A stretch of 63,863 nt of DNA, counting the filler, from Psammoneis japonica (lineage: Eukaryota), in the NCBI GenBank assembly GCA_008632985.1. It is 3 parts of 3 records of this genome, joined end to end, with 100 filler letters (N's around TTAATTAATTAA, not from the genome) between each part and the next. Parts side by side here need not be neighbours in the genome. Positions count along the whole stretch, not along the records: positions 59,495 to 63,863 come from QPGO01000515.1; 2 more parts are not named here. The stretch is one strand, 5' to 3'. Made by a program: the position numbers and the translations under genes. The notes beneath the pieces are model-generated. The model saw nothing but the letters and a program-made list of their open reading frames with translations, was not told the origin of the DNA and did not search any database. Positions within the stretch are counted from its first letter, which is position 1; every line of letters starts with the position of its first letter. Positions 61,430-63,863 of this stretch are shown here, piece after piece.

Positions 61430-62785
61430 CACATTGAAAGACCTGATCTGAACCGTCCAATCTGGTGGCTGTTTGTTTTCTTCCTGACATTGTTGTAGAA
61501 TGCCAGAATCGCGCAGGTGTCCGGATTGCAAAAGATTCCACATGTGCGAGCATCTGCCGTTGAAAACCTGTCTCCAACCAACATCCAATTGAGCTCACCA
61601 AAGTTCCTTGCATCAACAGTCCACATTGTTGAAGCACGTCATTTCGTCATCAAACCAGGCTTGAAGCATGTCCAGGAGGAAGTCTCGGAGAGCAGGCACA
61701 GCGTCGATCTTGTTGCAGCAGCATCAAAGACCCTGCAGGAACTTCCTTCTCCACTGTTCATTGTTTGGACACCAAAGCATGTGGTCCCTGTCTTCCATCG
61801 GATGCTCACATGTGATGCGCTGGTGCGGTCGAACTGGGTTGTGTTGATTTGCGATCTTGTCAGTCAGCAGCAAGTCATGGACCAGTTTGACTGTGTCAAC
61901 ATGCTGTTGTGAGTGACGTTTCACCAGAACCGCGTGAGCATTCCAGTCGACAAGGTCAACCACTGAAGGATCCCATTTGTTCCGTTCGACAACATGTTGC
62001 ATCAATTCAGGAGCAGCGGCAGCGCGCCGAATTTGTTTCTTGCAATTCGTTGTGATTGCACCCTCGTCGATCTCCAGATGTGAGAGGCAATGTGGCAGGT
62101 GCTTGACCTGATTTGTGTCGTGCAGGCAATGTCCTTGGCAAGCTCCTGCCAATTTGTCCGCTCGGATGTCAACTCTGGCATTTGACGGCAATGAGTGGAC
62201 GGGAGATTGCCTGTCTTGATGTCCTTTTGCCCATCGCACTGGAGGCAGAGCGAGATTGGCTGCACCCGACAGTTGCGTCAAAGCTTGCTGGGTGTGGAGG
62301 ATCTCATTCAAAATGTCCCAATCTGCAGCAACAGTGTTGGCCCCATGGCAGCGAATGTGAAAGTCGTGTTGCTCGCATGCGTCGTTCTCGGGATCACTCA
62401 CCGGCAGGATGGGAGTCAATTCAGACAAACAGTCAACCAGTGCTTTGTCATCGCAATGAATCACTGCATCCAAAGGAATGGCAACGCGGCAGCATTTGCA
62501 CAGCCGGCAGATGAATCTTGCAATGGATGGAATGCCGCAAGCTTCTGCGTGGTGAGAGGACGGAGTCTTCCCAAAAACTGGCCCTGCACAATCCACTGGT
62601 GGCGTGCCATCCATGGCAATGGTCCACCCAAAGGTGGCTCCTTCTTGGACCGATCCATCACTGCCTGCGGCAAGATGAAACGAAACAAAGTGCAGAACCA
62701 CTGTTCGTGGAGAAACATGAAAGACCAAGTCTTCAAAAGGCACAGATTCCCACTTGTCGAGTCCCTGAAGATGCGACAGAAAGGA
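61430..62785 (-). mobile_element. Ambal-like non-LTR retrotransposon fragment: RNase H and zinc knuckle
   Basis: SDGS...TFGW, SS.(R)AE..G, (Y)CD, DWD, W.KGHQD, N..AD.LA, C....EDRDH..C. Confidence 0.85.
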
Positions 62786-63805
62786 ATGTTTGTTTTCCTT
62801 GAAACGACACGTTTGTTTTCCTTGAAGAGACATGTTTGTTTTCTTTGAAATGACGTGTTTGTTTTTCTTGAAAATGCACGTTTGTTTTCCTTGAAAAGAC
62901 ATGATTGTTTTCCTTGAAACCACATGTTTGTTTTCCCTGAAATGACGCATTTGTTTTCCTTGAAAAGACACGTTTGTTTTCTTTAAAAAACATGTTTGTT
63001 TTCCTTGAAAAGACATGTTTGTTTTCCCTGAAACAACGTGTTTGTTTTCCTTGAAACCACGTGTTTGTTTTCTTTGAAAACAAACTTGAAAACAAACGTG
63101 TCGTTTCAAGGAAAACAAACATGTCGTTTCAAGGAAAACAAATGTGTCGTTTCATGAAAAACAAGCATGTCGTTTCAAGGAAAACAAATGTGTCTTTTCA
63201 AGGAAAACAAACATGTCGTTTCAAAGAAAACAAACGTGTTGTTTCAAGGAAAACAAACATGTCTTTTCAATTGAAACAAACATGTTGTTTCAAGGAAAAC
63301 AAACATTTCATTTCAAGGAAAACAAACATGTCTTTTCAAGGAAAACAAACGTGTCATTTCAAAGAAAACAAACATGTGGTTTCAAGGAAAACAAACATGT
63401 CTTTTCAAGGAAAACAAACATGTCGTTTCAAGGAAAACAAACATGTCGTTTCAAGAAAAACAATCGTGTCATTTCAAGGAAAACAAACATGTCTTTTCAG
63501 GGAAAACAAGCGTGTCTTTTCAATGAAAACAAACATGTCGTTTCAAGGAAAACAGGCATGTCTTGAAAACAAACATGTCTTTTCAAGGAGAACAAACATG
63601 TCGTTTCAAGGAAAACAAACATGTTGTTTCAAGGAAAACAAACATGTGGTTTCAAGGAAAACAAACATGTCTTTTCAAGGAAAACAAACATGTGGTTTCA
63701 AGGAAAACAAACACGTGGTTTCAAGGAAAACAAACATGTGGTTTCAAGGAAAACAAGCATGTCTTTTCAAGGAAAACATGTTTGTTTTCCTTGAAAAGAC
63801 GTGTT
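62786..63805. repeat. 23-bp minisatellite array with orientation switches at ~63080 and ~63778
   Basis: Unit caaggaaaacaaacatgtcgttt and its reverse complement. Confidence 0.95.
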
Positions 63806-63863
63806 CAGTTGGACAAATGCTGTGCGATGATGCTGTGCACAACACATGCCTGAATGTGTGCTG

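Noticed and set aside
62786..63805. Telomeric repeat
   Set aside because: The unit is not TTAGGG-like, it occurs in both orientations, and non-repeat sequence follows.
61724..63853. 464-aa and neighbouring KENKHV/QGKQT repeat proteins
   Set aside because: These are read-through translations of the 23-bp satellite fused to a LINE RNase H fragment.

Overview
Eukaryotic nuclear DNA, most likely from a diatom (CoDi-type Copia elements, Ambal-like non-LTR element, DUF6824 protein, short GT-AG introns). Bases 1-29.8 kb are a nest of transposons. An Ambal-like LINE is split by a full-length CoDi element (8438-15723, TSD CAGAA). There are two Gypsy families, a non-autonomous CoDi derivative (18483-22352, TSD ATTGC) carrying a 42-bp tandem array inside a mosaic ORF, and a GAC...GTC MITE with 4-bp TSDs. 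The intervals 30-36.8 kb, 39.6-43 kb and 59.5-63.9 kb are decayed DNA. The interval 37-59 kb holds about ten host genes (PhyH-like dioxygenase, DUF6824, GT15 mannosyltransferase, acyltransferase-3, S1-domain, fibrinogen-like, beta-trefoil, NTAN1 and others). The strongest signal is a repeat-directed hypermutation that converts TpA to TpG/CpA on top of ordinary CpG decay. It runs opposite to fungal RIP, and its direction is fixed by LTR pairs, MITE copies, a gene/pseudogene pair and Tyr-to-Cys/His changes in catalytic motifs. Also notable: the CoDi primer-binding site matches a tRNA-Asn anticodon arm, which suggests half-tRNA priming. All alignments and counts were done by eye.
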